Assembly: GCF_006345805.1 (NCBI RefSeq)
Contig: NC_043005.1
Location: 62,248,001 to 62,312,000 of the forward strand
DNA: 64,000 nt
Reading direction: 5' to 3'
From: Octopus sinensis
Lineage: Eukaryota
The position numbers and the translations under genes are program-made. The notes below the pieces were generated by a model. It did not search any database, was not told where the DNA came from, and worked only from the letters and a program-made list of their open reading frames with translations. Below are positions 39,501-54,277 of this stretch, one piece after another; position 1 is the first letter of the stretch; every line of letters starts with the position of its first letter.

Positions 39501-40474
39501 AATAAGTAGCAGTTTGAGTACTGGAGTCTATATAACTGACTTATTCTCTCTCCTGGAATTACTAGCCATGTTCCAAAATTTGAAACCAATATAGGCACAA
39601 AGTTACATATAGGAAACGATTTAGAAAATAGTTTAAAATCAATTGGTGCTTTATTTTTCACTCCATGAAGAATGAAATGAAAAGGATTTGACTTCAGATT
39701 ATACAAAAGAACCGATTATTGCAAGCAAAAATAAATATTGAAAAAATGTATTTGGCCAAATTTGGACAAATGACAGCATCACATAATAGCAATGATATAT
39801 ATATATATGTATATATGCATTAAACGATTGATACGGAAGATGGAGTGTAACTAGAAGCTTGTCCAATGTATATGTATGTGTGTGCATGTATTTGTGACTG
39901 TGTTTGCCTCCCATCACTGCTTAGCAACCAGTGTTGGTGTGTTTATGTTCCCATAAATTAGAAGTTCAGCAGTGATAGAATAAGTACCAGGTTTAAAAAG
40001 AAAATAAGTATCAAGATTGATTAGTTTGACTAAAATTCCTCTCAAGCAAGTGCCCCAGCATGGCCACAGTCTAATGACTGAAACAAGTAGAAAATAGAAG
40101 ATAAAAGGATCAAATAATGATGCATTGTGAGTTTCAACCCATAACAACTGAGACCATAGGCACATAAGACACAACTGTGCACGTAACAACTGATAAAATT
40201 TGCAAATGATTTGTTGAAGCAGTTCAGGATATGTACAAAACTTTTTCCATTGATAACTTTCAATGGTTATAAAGCAAAAGAGCATGTTAAGTATAATAAT
40301 TAATCTATATAGGTGCAGGCATGTCTGTGTAGTAAGAAGCTTGCTTCTCAACCACATGGTTCTGAGTTCAGTCCCACTGCATAGTACCTAGGGTAAGTGT
40401 CTCCTCCTATAGCTTCGGGCTGACAAAAGCCTTGTAAGTGAATTTAGTAGATGGAAATTGAAAGAATCCCGTCG

Positions 40475-41193
<719 letters not shown>

Positions 41194-42178
41194 AATAATA
41201 AATATTAGGGAATATATCCAAATTTACAGGAAAAAAATCAGATTTAGGATTAAATCCAATTTTATAGTAAAATATTATAAAATATTATTTGAGACAAAAC
41301 CACTATTTTGCAAAACAAACAAGGAAAGACTTAATCAATACATAAAATTTAATAAATAGTCAAAAAAACCGCCACTACAATCGTTTCTTGTCTTGATCGA
41401 CAATCTTCAGGTGGACTTCCATCTAAAAAATCAAAATTATAAAATATAAAAATAATACTTTTAAATAATTAAAGTATAAATGAAAAAATATAAGTATATA
41501 ATCCATATATAACCTATATATAATCCATATCGAAAATATAGACTAATTACCACGAATTCCCTAAAAAACCATGATAAAACAAAACTCTTAAAAACATATA
41601 ACGATAAAATCTCCCTTTGCTAAACTCTATAACAAACCTATAAAGTAAACCCCCTAACCTAAACATTCACACACAAATACACACACGTAAACCACAGACT
41701 CACGACTTATACACATACCTATACTAACTTATAAACCTCATATACACCAAAACCCACTCCCTCCCCACACAGACAATTAACACATACATCCCAAAACCTA
41801 AATAACAAACCCATATACACATTCACACACAAAACACACACTCACACGCAAAACACTCACACACAAAGATACATATACTCCCTCACATATACGCCTATAC
41901 ATACTCACTAAACTCTACATATACAACAATACTTACACACCCACAAAAAACATTATATACATTTATGAGCTTTAACTCACCTTAACATCTCTACAAACAA
42001 CTTGCAGTAACCCAATCCCATTCTCTATGCCTACCTCACTACTACACTATTCCATTCACATTCAAGCAACCCTAGTCCACCACCCGGTTATTCACGTGGC
42101 AAAACGAACACCACTCAAAAATTATGAATGAAACAATGTAAAAAATAACCAACACCTAAAATAGACAAATAATATTTT
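41194..42178 (-). mobile_element. Penelope-like (hammerhead-bearing) non-coding element inserted in (TA)n
   Basis: Strongly A/C-skewed ~1-kb block flanked by (TA)n and containing a hammerhead motif. Confidence 0.6.
41372..41414 (-). ncRNA. Minimal type I hammerhead ribozyme
   Basis: CCAC CUGAAGA UUGUC gaucaa GACAA GAAAC gauu GUA/GUGG. Intact core, 4-bp stem I, 5-bp stem II, and self-complementary stem III ACGAUUGU. Confidence 0.8.
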
Positions 42179-42204
42179 ATATACATATATATATATATAT
42201 ATAT

Positions 42205-42266
<62 letters not shown>

Positions 42267-45200
42267 GTGTCTTTGTGTGTGCTTGTCCCTCCCACCATTG
42301 CTTGACAATCAATGTTGGTGTGTTTGCGTCCCTGTAAATTAACAGTTAAGCAAAAGGGACCAATAGAATAAGTACTTGGCTTACACATGTTAAGTCCTGG
42401 GGTCAATTTCTTTGACTAAAAAGCAGTGCTCCAGCATGGCCCCAGTCAAATGACTGAAACAAATAACAGAATAAATACAGCCCATTTTATAAACAAAACT
42501 ATATTATCACCAATGTTTTTTAATACGCACTTTTCCATGCTTGCATGGGTTATATGGAATTTGCTGATGCAAATTTTCAATGGCCAGATGCCCTTCTTGT
42601 CATCCACCCATGCCTGTTTCCAAGCAAGGTAATATTTTCCCATGACTGGACATGTTTCCAAGGAATACTGGAAATGAATGACACCATTTGTATAATGATG
42701 ACACTTGCTTACAGCTATCATGCAAGGTCAAGACAAGGAGGCAAAAGCATACATGCTCTCTGCCCATATATATATATATATATATAGTGAGAATTTACAA
42801 AAAAACAAAAGACGAAGATAGGTGTGTAAACAACATGAGAGGACAAATAAAGGAAAGAGACACTTGACACATTTAATAAGAGTTACATATATTATTATTT
42901 AAAACAGTTTGAATTGGTCCTATATAATTTAAAGTTTCATAGGCTTCCTACAGGAACCTAGCTCATCGGGAGCTTGTTGGGCTATCTGAGTTCACTGAGC
43001 AAGGTTTCTGTAGGCAAGCTGCATGGGGCTGAATCAAAGTGGCACACACACACACACATACACACATGATGGGCTTTTGTCAGTTTTTGCCTACCAAATC
43101 CAAATCCACAGGCTTTAGCTGCTCTGGGGCTGTAGAAGAAAACACTTGGCTAAACCCGAAACCAAGTTCAGTTCAACTATGTAGGACATTTATATATATA
43201 GATGTAGGCATGTGTGGTTGGGAAGTAAACTTCTCAATCACACAGTCATACTTATGCCTATATTTAATCAAAACCACATTTATGAATAAATATTATCTTT
43301 CTGTGGAGCAAATAAAGCAAGGACAAAGATGATGGGCATTGCAATAGTAGATGATGTTACAAATTTTCAATAGCTTACATTCTTATCTCACATCTGAACA
43401 TTTCACAATGTATTTTCTTTCCATGTCTTCATCCTAATAAAACCCATCATTTTATTTGGAGTCAATTTTCCTATAATTGTATGGTTTATATAAGTTTACT
43501 GTTCATTTACATTTATCATAGAAACAAAAAAAGACAAAAAAATTTAAATTATTTCTATATTCCTGAATAATTGCTGATAAAAAATGTGGACTTTCTAACT
43601 TCTGTAGTTACTGAGATATTATAGAAGACACTTACACAATCAATCAAGCAACAAAATAAACAAAAAAATGGGATAAGAACAGTGGCACCTATTTTTTTCA
43701 TGGTCGTATATGTTGAATTGATTGAGAGAAATGATATTAGTTGTGCCCAATAATTTTCACAAATATTTATAAATGCATTGTTGGGTGGAGCTGGGATAAT
43801 TCAGATAAATGATATGTGACCTTTTAATATTTGACATAACTTATCAAGCAGCAAATACCCATTTGTATTCAGATTACCATTTCACTACAACATACTGAAT
43901 TAAATAGACAAAACTACTCTAAGTGTTGCTCATTAATGATATTTCTAGGTAATACAGCTATCACATTTGCACAGTTGTAATTGAAATAGATTTTGTCTGC
44001 TTTCGTTCATTACACATGTCATTTAGACTTTGCATCATGAAGATAAAATATTTATTTATGATTCAATATCTAAAATGCACACACCCTTTGTTTAGTAGAC
44101 AAACAACTTGTATCGTATATGAATGCTCACATAATGCATATGTATATAGATAAGTACATACTTATACACATACATATATAGTTATAAATACATATATCTG
44201 CATGATACTCCTTTCACATTATTTATCTCATACCGTAACACAATGTATATTTTCCAGGATGAATGTGTGTTTTGATATAATCGATTCCCTTCTCCCAATA
44301 TTATAAACAGTTTCCACTTACTCTGAACACATATCAGTAAATACGTCAAAATCTGTTTCTCAGATAGTTTGAGACAGTATCCATTTTTTTACAATAAAAT
44401 TTTATTTTTTTAATAGCTTTGTTAGAAGAGGAAGAACAGCCTTCGTGGCACCTTTCATGGTCTCCAAGACTTGTAGGGAGAACATAGGATGTTGCTTTCA
44501 GACCAGAGATCTTGTCTGCACATTTGCAGAGTGAACTTACAAAGGGACCCCAATGGTCGTAATAATATCTACCATCCAAGAACAGCAACAGCCTCTCAAA
44601 TGGGCTTCCAAACAGTTTCTGTCTCAAAACTTCACACACCAAGCTTAAGTTGGCACTGAGGCTATCATAGAAGATACTAGCCCAATCTACCAAGCAGCGT
44701 GGAGCTGATTATACAATTTTGGAGAAATTTTTGTATATTCTGGTCACTCATTTTAATGATCATATTAATTCTAATGTTATTTATACAAGAATTGTCCAGT
44801 CTGGTGAAATAATGTGTACAACCAAGTGAAAACTAAAGTGTATTAGAATAGTGTTTGGGTTACTAGTCAATATTTTAAGTATCAAAATATTATAAATCTA
44901 GACACACACACATTACAGTAGTGTTGAGGTCAAATCCACAAATCTAAACTTAAAGGATTCCTCATGTTATTAAAGTAGGAGAAATCACTAAAGATTTAAA
45001 AAAAGAAAGATAATTTAGCAAATTTGTTTACAGCTTTCAAGAAGTGGGTTAGGTAGAAATGAAGATGATAGACTGCTGTTTTCATGAGAATGTAATTAAA
45101 CTATGTAAGAAAAGTGTAGCATTGTAAATATGAATTAAAAGAAAAACAAAATCCAACAAAACTATTTTGAAGTCGATCAACTTATCACTGAATTTTTTCT

Positions 45201-48200
45201 TACTTTTCTTTTTAGGTTAAGTTAGTATCCCTGAAGTCATAACACATTTCAAAAGATTTTAAATCATGCTGGAGTACATTTCTCTCCACAAAAACTATAT
45301 TGACTATAACAGTTTTCTCACTTTAGTTTTATTTGATTTTACTCTTTTTAAACTTTGGTGAAAAGAAAGTTCATTTTAGATATGGCAGAATAGTATAGAA
45401 TATAGATTCAAAGAATTTTATTGTAGGTTATCTTTCTATCATTATCTGTGGTTGTTAAATTCTCTCACCAATAGACTCCTTGTCTAAACTGGATGTTTAA
45501 AATAGATGTTTTATGTTGCAAATTTTATTTCCAGGGCTAGAAAGAACTTAAAATGTGTATCTCGGCTGGAGATTCCTATGCATAAGTTGCAAACCCACTG
45601 ATAAATATAATTATAATTTGATAGGAAACCTATCAGAGAGCAGAGAAAAAAATTATATAAAAGTTATTGGAATTATATTTCAGAATTATTATGGCTTTTT
45701 TTCTTCAGAAAATTATATTAATAAAAGACTTGAAGAGAACAAAATTTGTTTAAAGAAATGACAAAGAATTTTGAAATAGTTAGAATTGAGTAGAAAAAGA
45801 AAGAAAAATATTAAAAAATATATTTAATAAAATTTACTAAGAAAAAACATGTAGAAAAGTAAACTATAGATACATAAATGGGAACACCAGAAGAATGATA
45901 AATTTTGGAAATTTAAATATTTAACAGATTCACTGTCTCGCTAACAAAACACCATTTTAGACAAGTGTTTTTGAATCATAATTATGAAGCAAAACTTTAT
46001 TGATTGGGAAGTAGTATTGATGAAGTATAAGAATAGATATCTAGAATAATTTGTGTATTTAAAAAGATTACATGAAACATAAGATATGTTATCAGATTTT
46101 TAAGATGATGTACATAGCTGTACATTCTGTGCTTTAATTTTTACAAAATCATGTGATAAAGAGATATAAATGTGAGAGGAACCACATAGCAATGAGTAAA
46201 ATAATTAGTAAGTTGTGAAATATACTAATTAGTATATTGTGAAATATAAAAAATAAAAAGCCAAAATAGATAAATATATGGAAAGTTTTGTTATAATTAA
46301 AGTAGATAGAAATCAGAAGAAGGAAATAATTGACAATTTTATGAAATTTCAATGAATATGTTCTAGTTATATATTTTATTTACTAATTTTATTGATTCTT
46401 TCATTCTGACAATCTAAATATGTTTAGAATATTTCCAAAGAAGATAGATTTATCTTGCAGAAAATTATGTTGCTAAATTACTAAATTATCATTTTTATAT
46501 TTTCAAATGAGAAGTTATTAACACTTTAAGGTTGCTCTATGATAGCAATTACATTTAAAAAGGCACCAAGTCAGTCTTTGCAAAGAAAGAATTAGAGTTG
46601 ACTGAATCAGCCTTAGTATAACTAGCAGAAAGACCACCTGCCAGGTGGCTTTATTCTAGTTGCTAAATCATATTAATACATTTGATTCCCAATTTGTGTA
46701 ATTTTTCTGCTATGCTACATCTAATTTTCTTTTGTACCCTTTATTTGTTTAATAATGGTCGCTTTCTCAGTTAAATAAAATTAGAATAATATCAAGCACC
46801 GAAAGTCAGCATTAGAATTTAATTAGAAATCAGGTATTATGTTGGCTTAGCATAGCCATGTTAATCTTTGAAACAAAGACAAAAGAAGCACATCCTCAAT
46901 GTGGTCACTTAGTATGCTTGAGACAGCAGGGATCATGAGGATATATTCTAAGGCTTATAGCTAACCAAAACTAACAATGTCACCTTTCTCCATTTTATCA
47001 TTCAAATTATGCCAGTATCTCTGTCAAATTTCTTTTTAATAAACAAATATTCATTTAGCAATTTCCAGAGGGCAAAAATGGAATCATCCCTAAAAGTATT
47101 TTTTTTTTAGCATAACTGCAATCCACATCAGCAAAGCCTGAAAGTTATGAGGAAACAAAGTTGAGGTATGTGAATTATCTGAAACTCCTCACCACCTCCT
47201 CTGTAAAACATATTCTTGACAAAATCCAATGTAATCATTATCTACAATATTCAGAATGTATTTGAAGAAAATTTAATTAAAAAATATCCACTTTTCAGAA
47301 AGTTTTGAAGAAACAAAGTATGAGTGATTTTTAACTACAAGAAAATAGGACAAGTATGCTACAAATAGCATAAGTAAATTAAAACCACTTTTCTTATTCA
47401 GCTTTCTATTTCTTCAACAACATCCAACAAATATGAAATGATACAGGGATCAGCATAATTTGGCTGATGCTGGATTAATCTAAATAATTCATACAAATGT
47501 TTCTACTGATATGTCTGTAGAAAGTAGTTTTGCAAATATATGGGCAATCTTTATAATTCCAGAAGTATAAACAGAAACATTAAAAAATGCTATTTTACAG
47601 TGTAATATGGTTAATTCACAGTGAATGAAAATTAGCTTTGTGATTGAATCATAAAGCTGGAATCTTCTATAATAAAAGGTGCTCAGGAACCAAATTATGA
47701 AAAAAATTAAAACTGGAATTTATAGGAATTTTCTAGCCAGCATAGACATTAATGATTGCTTTCTTTTTTAAATTAAAAGTTGCTTATTCCAAACTAATTA
47801 ATAAGCAGCTTTCTTTATTATAATATAGATATTATCATTTATTTCATTGGTTGAAGAGAAACAAAATGTAAGATGCACTCAGGCAAGATTTGGACTTAGA
47901 TAGAGTTATGGTTAAATACATTAAGGTATTTAGCTCACTGCTTTGCCAATTCTTTTAGGTATGTGTCTATCAATCTCAGTAGATGTGGATTAGTACTTGA
48001 ATGCTACTTTATTGACCCTGGGAGAATGAAAGGCAAAAATGATCTTGGCAGGATTTGAACTACAAATGTAAAGAATTAGAACAAATGTTTCCAGGAATTT
48101 TTCCCAAATCTCTAATGATTCTATCAAAAAGAGAAAACAATGGTATCACCCACTAAAACAACACAATACATCTTACATAAATGACACCAACAACTCACAC

Positions 48201-49055
48201 AACTAACCTGCAACATAATTCTCTTCCCTTAATGCAATACAGCCCAAACTCTATATGCTCTACACTATCACCATCGCAACTAACACACATAACCTCATTT
48301 ACATAACACATACAAAACACAAACATTACCCAACAAAATAACATACCTAACATTGCACATACTCTGCACAACAGTCAAAACATTAAAATAACAACAGGCA
48401 AACACAACAAATATCACAACAAAGCAAACGTAATGTAGTACACAAATAAAATTCAGTTCTATATTCCCAGAAGCAAATGTTGCACACACATCAGGAACAT
48501 GTAGGTACACCTGTTGGTGCAGCAGAAACTTGCATAAAACTGGTGAAAATATGACAAGAAAAATAAGAATGAAGGTGATAATAATAAAATTTTCAAAACG
48601 TTGTTTTATCAAGTTATATCCTGAGGATTATTTTTATTCATTAGAAATTAGACTAAAATAAATGGTATACTTTCACAAACTATTTGTGTGTGAATGTGTT
48701 AGTGTTTGTTGAGTTTGTGTACATGTGAATGTGTGTGTGCGTGCATGCTTATGCATGTATGTGTGTGTACATGCAGGTGTAACTTTGGAAGAATATTTAA
48801 TAACTAAGTACCAAAGATTCATTATAATAATCAATATGTGATGTAAAAAGACACAACAACAACAATAATTCTTTCTATTACAAGCATAAGGCCTAAAATT
48901 TGGGGGAAGAAGGCTAGTCAATTAGATCGAACCCATTGCTCAACTATACTTATTTTATAAATCTCAAAAGGATGAAAAGCAAAATCAACTTAGGTGAAAT
49001 TTGAACTCAAAACATAAAGACAGACAAAATGCTAAACATTCTGTCAGCTCACCTA

Positions 49056-49086
<31 letters not shown>

Positions 49087-49296
49087 TGATTTCAAATTTT
49101 AACACAAGGCCAGCAGTTTCAGTGGATGGGTGTAAGTCATATCAACTGCAGTGCCTAACTGGTACTTATTTTATCAACACTGAAAGGATGAAAAGCAAAG
49201 TCAACCTAAGTGGAATTTGAACTCAGAATGTACAGATGGACATAATGCCAGTAAGAATTTCATCCAGTGTGTTTACAATTCTGCCAGCTCACTGCC

Positions 49297-49334
<38 letters not shown>

Positions 49335-49400
49335 GTTATTATTATCATTATTATGATTATTATGATTATTATTATTATTATTGTTATTATTATTATTATG

Positions 49401-49433
<33 letters not shown>

Positions 49434-49485
49434 AACTATGATAATAATAATAATAATAACAATAATAATCAATTATAATAATAAT
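49297..49485. repeat. (ATT)n then (AAT)n microsatellite
   Basis: Directly visible. Confidence 0.95.
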
Positions 49486-49487
49486 GA

Positions 49488-49845
49488 AAAGAACGCCCAG
49501 AGAGTGCAAACCTCTGCCAAGGCAACACCAACATCTTCTCGACAATTAGCTAGAGATGATTTTTAAAATGAGAATATCCGAAACAAACTCGACTGCTCTC
49601 ACAAATGAGAATACTAAAAATGAATCCGACCGCTCTCAAAAATTAAGTAAAATACCAGGAAAAATAATCCAGAATCCTTGTCTAATCAGTTTGTGCCAGT
49701 CATGAGGTCAAACATCCCTGAAAGTTTCATCCGAATCCATCCAGTGGTTCTTGAAACGTTTTGTCCACAGACACACAAACAAATAAATATACAAACAAAC
49801 ATGACTGAAAACAATACCTCCGCCTTTGCTAAGGCAGAGGTAATT
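49488..49845 (+). mobile_element. Helentron/HINE (DINE-1)-like non-autonomous element
   Basis: Subterminal motif acctctgcc, internal (acaa)n, and terminal hairpin tacctccgcctt-tgct-aaggcagaggta at 49815-49842. Class assignment is inferred from architecture. Confidence 0.55.
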
Positions 49846-52800
49846 ATCCTTTCTATTATAGATTCAAGGCCTGAAATTTTGTGGGGAGAGGTTTAGTCAA
49901 TTAGATTGTCCCCACTACTCAACTGCTACTCATTTCATCAACCCTGAAAGAATGAAAGACAAAGTTGTTCTTGGTTGAATTTGAACTGAGAATGGACAAA
50001 ATGTTGCTAAGCATTTTCCTCATCATGCTAACGATTCTGCCAGTTCAACATCTTAGCAACAGCAGCAACAACAACAACAATAGCAGCAGCAGCAGCAGCA
50101 ACAGCATCAGCAATCATCTCTTACATTGGAATAAGAATAAAAATTAGTAGAAATGAGGTCTATTTTACTTTATTTTATTCAGTCTGGAAGGATGAAAAAA
50201 AAAAAAAACAATCAGTCTATCCTCACAGAATTTTGAGGTGAGAATATAATCTTTTGTACCTACTCAAAACATATTGATATTGTTTTTATTCAAGGTATGC
50301 AGATCTGAAGGAGGGAAAAGATGTAGTGTCATACACAACATTTTCTCAAGAAATGATGTAACTTAGAACAATAAATGAAATTATGTGATTAGCTAAACTT
50401 ACTAAGACCTTTACTCTGTACACTACAGTCAGTTAGTCCATATTACTCCATATGGAGCATAGGCCCAGTTCCCCTGGTTTCTCTGGTGTATGCATATTCC
50501 TGCTAGGTCAGGACTCTGATCCATCACAGAATTACTCATTTTTACCTACTGAGTGGACTAGAGCAACGTGGAATGAAGTGTTTTTCTCAAGAATGCAACA
50601 CATTGCCCAGTCCAGGAATCGAAACCACAATCTTATGATCATGAACCCAACACCCTAACCATTAAGCCATGCACCTCCAATTCTTGTATATTACAGTTCT
50701 GGCAAATAACAATTTCTAACTTTGGCAAATGGCAAAAAAGAACAAAAAAAACAAACAAACAAACAAAAAAACTGTAGGTTGAACCATTAGATTACAATAA
50801 TCCTCAGTAAATGATTGCTGCTAGTTTATCAAACCATGGAACTGATGGTTCTTAATAATATTCATTTCATACTAGAGATTTATATTTATGATATCCATCT
50901 ATATTTAGAAGTATTTGCCTTGTAAATTCTGTTTACCTTATATCAAGGCTTGCTCGAGTTACTTTAGAGAGAATGTACTGTTTCGTGATATCCACAACAT
51001 ATACCCATTACACATAGCCATATCTCTATTCTTTCCATGGCTCAGAAATACTTTCATATAATAAGTTACATAATAAAGATATGAAATAAACGTGACAACA
51101 TTAGAAATGTAAATGCAAAAGCTGGTGAGGCTGTAATATATACTGGAAATGTCATGACTTGAATCTCTTTAAATGAAAAGGAAGAAAAAAAAAACTATTG
51201 GATTATCATTTATAAAAAAAAGTAAAAATGTATTGAGTAAGAATGATAAGAACTGGGTAAAATATGGAGTAGATGTATGGAAATCATTGCAAAGGTAATC
51301 AAAAGAAATATGGAAATTAAGACATGAAATAAAGTTTTGTTGCTGGAAGTTCAATTAAATTATAATTTAATTTTCTAAGTACAATTTATTTTTTGCCATT
51401 TTGTCTTGATAAAAGCAATGTTTTTTTTCTGGATATTCCCATTTTTTGTTAAAATACACAGTATGAAGTAACATGATTCCTTGCCAGTTTAGAAAGGGTA
51501 CATTCATATATTTGCATCACAACTTTTTTTTCTGAAAATCTGTACATTGGCAGTATATATATGCATGTGCATGTCCTTGTGTGTGTATGTGTACACTCAC
51601 ATACACATAGACACACATACATACACACATGCACATATGCACGCATACACACACTCATACATTCAGACATAGATATATCTAATAGTTAGTAAATACAACT
51701 GCCTAACTTAATTTCCTTCATTGCCTTCAGAAACCAATGTGAGAAAATCCTTTCTTTTGTATTTCAACAGAAAATAATAAAGCTGGTAAAAAATAAAATA
51801 AAAATTCTTTTGTCTGACATAAAGTTGTATCATTTATTCTTAGATGAATGAAATCTTGAAAGAGGATACTGAAAGATAATATAAATATTTCAAGCTAAGA
51901 ACATATTATTTATGCAATAGAAGGGTGATAAATTAGAAATAAAATATATCTCTGAAAGATATAGCTGGAAGATAGCCTTGTTTTACAGAGTAATTTTATC
52001 TGTTTTATAACAGTTCTGTATTGTATACTCATAGACTGTTTACATAAGGTCTAATTTTAGAGTTGCTGACTGCTTTCAGTGAAATACCCAAAAGTCTAAT
52101 GACTAAAATTTTCTTACAGTTATGCTGATCAGATAATATAAAGGGTATTTTGGCACTCAGTTTTGTTATATATCTGTTGAATATTATTTCACATGGTCTC
52201 AGGCATGGTTACTTGGTTAAGAAGTTTGTCTCAAAATTATGTGGTTCTACATTTCATCCACTGTGTAGAACCTGAAGCAAGTGTCTTTTACCATAGTCAT
52301 GAGCCAATCAAAGGTATGTGAATGAAATTTGGTTGTAGATAACCACAAGGCATATTTATATATATATATGTAACATAGGATTTTTATATGAGCAGAAAAA
52401 AAAAAGAAAGCTTCTTAACCATGCAACCATACACAGGTAAAGAAGTTAACTTTTCAACCATGTGGATTTTAGTTCAATCCCATTACACTGCACATTGGGC
52501 TAGTGTCTTCTACTGTAGCCTCAGGCTGACCAAAACCTTGTGAATTGAATTGGTTGGAGTACACTTAAAGAAGCCCATCATCTCTGTCTCTGTCTGTCTG
52601 TCTGTATGTATGTATGCATGCATGCATGTATGTATCTATTTATGTATCTATCTATCTTTCTGTGTGTGTGTGTGCGCGCACATGTGTGTGTTCCTTTGTC
52701 TTGGCATTATGTGATAATTGTAAATGAGTGTCACTGTCATACAAGTGATATTTTTTATCTTCCATGGAAACATTTGGCTATGGGAAACTATGTCCTTATT

Positions 52801-53550
52801 CAATGAAGTAAGTACCAAATGAAAGTACTGTTGTTGATTTAATCTGCTATAACCATAGAAGGTGGTGCTTCCGTATAGCAGCAGCACATGTGATTGAAAG
52901 CAGTAAAAGAATGGAAGTATATGTCCAATATCTAACTATTATTCTGAGCAAAAATCAACACAATTAAGACCAATGAAAGAATATAAATATTACCAAAGAG
53001 ATTTACTAAGATTGACAATATAATTACATAAAATATAACTTGCTATTAATCTGTTGCAGTCTTCTGAAGAGAGGTTCTCATCCCTTTTCCATATAGTTAT
53101 ATAACACCTAAGATATTATAATGGATAATTAATAATGTACTAATTGTCACATGCAGTCAGTTCTGAATTTAAACTAGAGTTCCTTTCTCAGTTAGAGAAA
53201 GAAAGTAAAAATATAGGGATAATTGCAATAAACTCTCATAGAAATAACTTCTATAGGTAACCAACTATTAAAGATATATTTTCCAATCTATTTGACCCTG
53301 ACAGCATAGTACTGTCTACTCAAACCTGCAAATCACTGGATAGGTTTTTATATATAAAACAAGAGTAATACATATATATGAAGGGTGGAGAATACAATGG
53401 ATTAAATACTCAATTTGTTGACCTTTTCCAATAGGAACAGTGATGCAAAATAAGTAAAACATTTACAAATTGGCTGTGAGGGGGAGAGGGGTTACATTAA
53501 GAAATGATCTTTTACCCAAATAACACACTTGTGATATATATATATATATA

Positions 53551-53835
53551 TCACGTGATCACCCAGACCATCAGATGTTGTTACACATCACTGGTCACAA
53601 TGCGTTCGCATTGTTTTAGCCTTCAAATGATGCCACCCGCTGGCTAAGTGAGCAGGCCAACAGAAGAAAGAGTGGTGAAAGAGTACAGCAGGGATCACCA
53701 CCCCCTGCCGGAGCATCATGGAGCTTTTAGGTGTTTTCGCTCAATAAACACTCACAACACCCGGTCTGGGAATCGAAACCGCGATCCTACGACCGCAAGT
53801 CCGCTGCCCTAACCACTGGGCCATTGCGCCTCCAC
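53551..53835 (-). mobile_element. Young tRNA-derived SINE in (TA)n
   Basis: Head gtggaggcgcaatggcccagtggttagggcagcgg...ggtttcgattccc with A and B boxes; CpGs retained. Confidence 0.85.
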
Positions 53836-53889
53836 TATATATATATATGCATGTATGTATATATGGATGGATGGATGCAGACTGTTACA

Positions 53890-54277
53890 TACAGAAGTGC
53901 CAATTACTTAAAGTGGATGGAACTTGTGGAAGAAGGAGACCCAAGATCACATGGGACAAAGTGTTGTAGGCCGATCTCAAGACACTGAGCCTTATGAAGG
54001 AGATGACAAAGGACCAAAATATCTGATGCCTTGCCATACTAGCAGAATTTTTACCAGTTCTGGTGCCACATAAAAAGTACTCATACTGGTGCCATGTTAA
54101 ACCCACCCAGTACACTCTCTGGAGTGGTTGGCATAAGGAAGTGCATCCAGCCGTAGAAACTATGCCAGAACAGACAATGGAGCCTGGTGCAGCCCCAGGC
54201 CTTACCGGGTCTGGTCAAACCGTTAAACCCATGTCAGCATGAAAAATGGATGTTAAATGATGATTACGATGATGATA
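53890..54277 (+). mobile_element. RTE 3' fragment with family C tail
   Basis: VDGTCGRRRPKITWD motif; tail catgtcagcatgaaaaatggatgttaaatgatg. Confidence 0.7.

Noticed and set aside
47111-47165. Plus-strand segment with strong acceptor and donor
   Set aside because: Stops in all three frames and no partner exon; cannot be supported without transcripts.
49217-49478. Poly-Tyr/Ile/Asn ORFs
   Set aside because: (ATT)n microsatellite.
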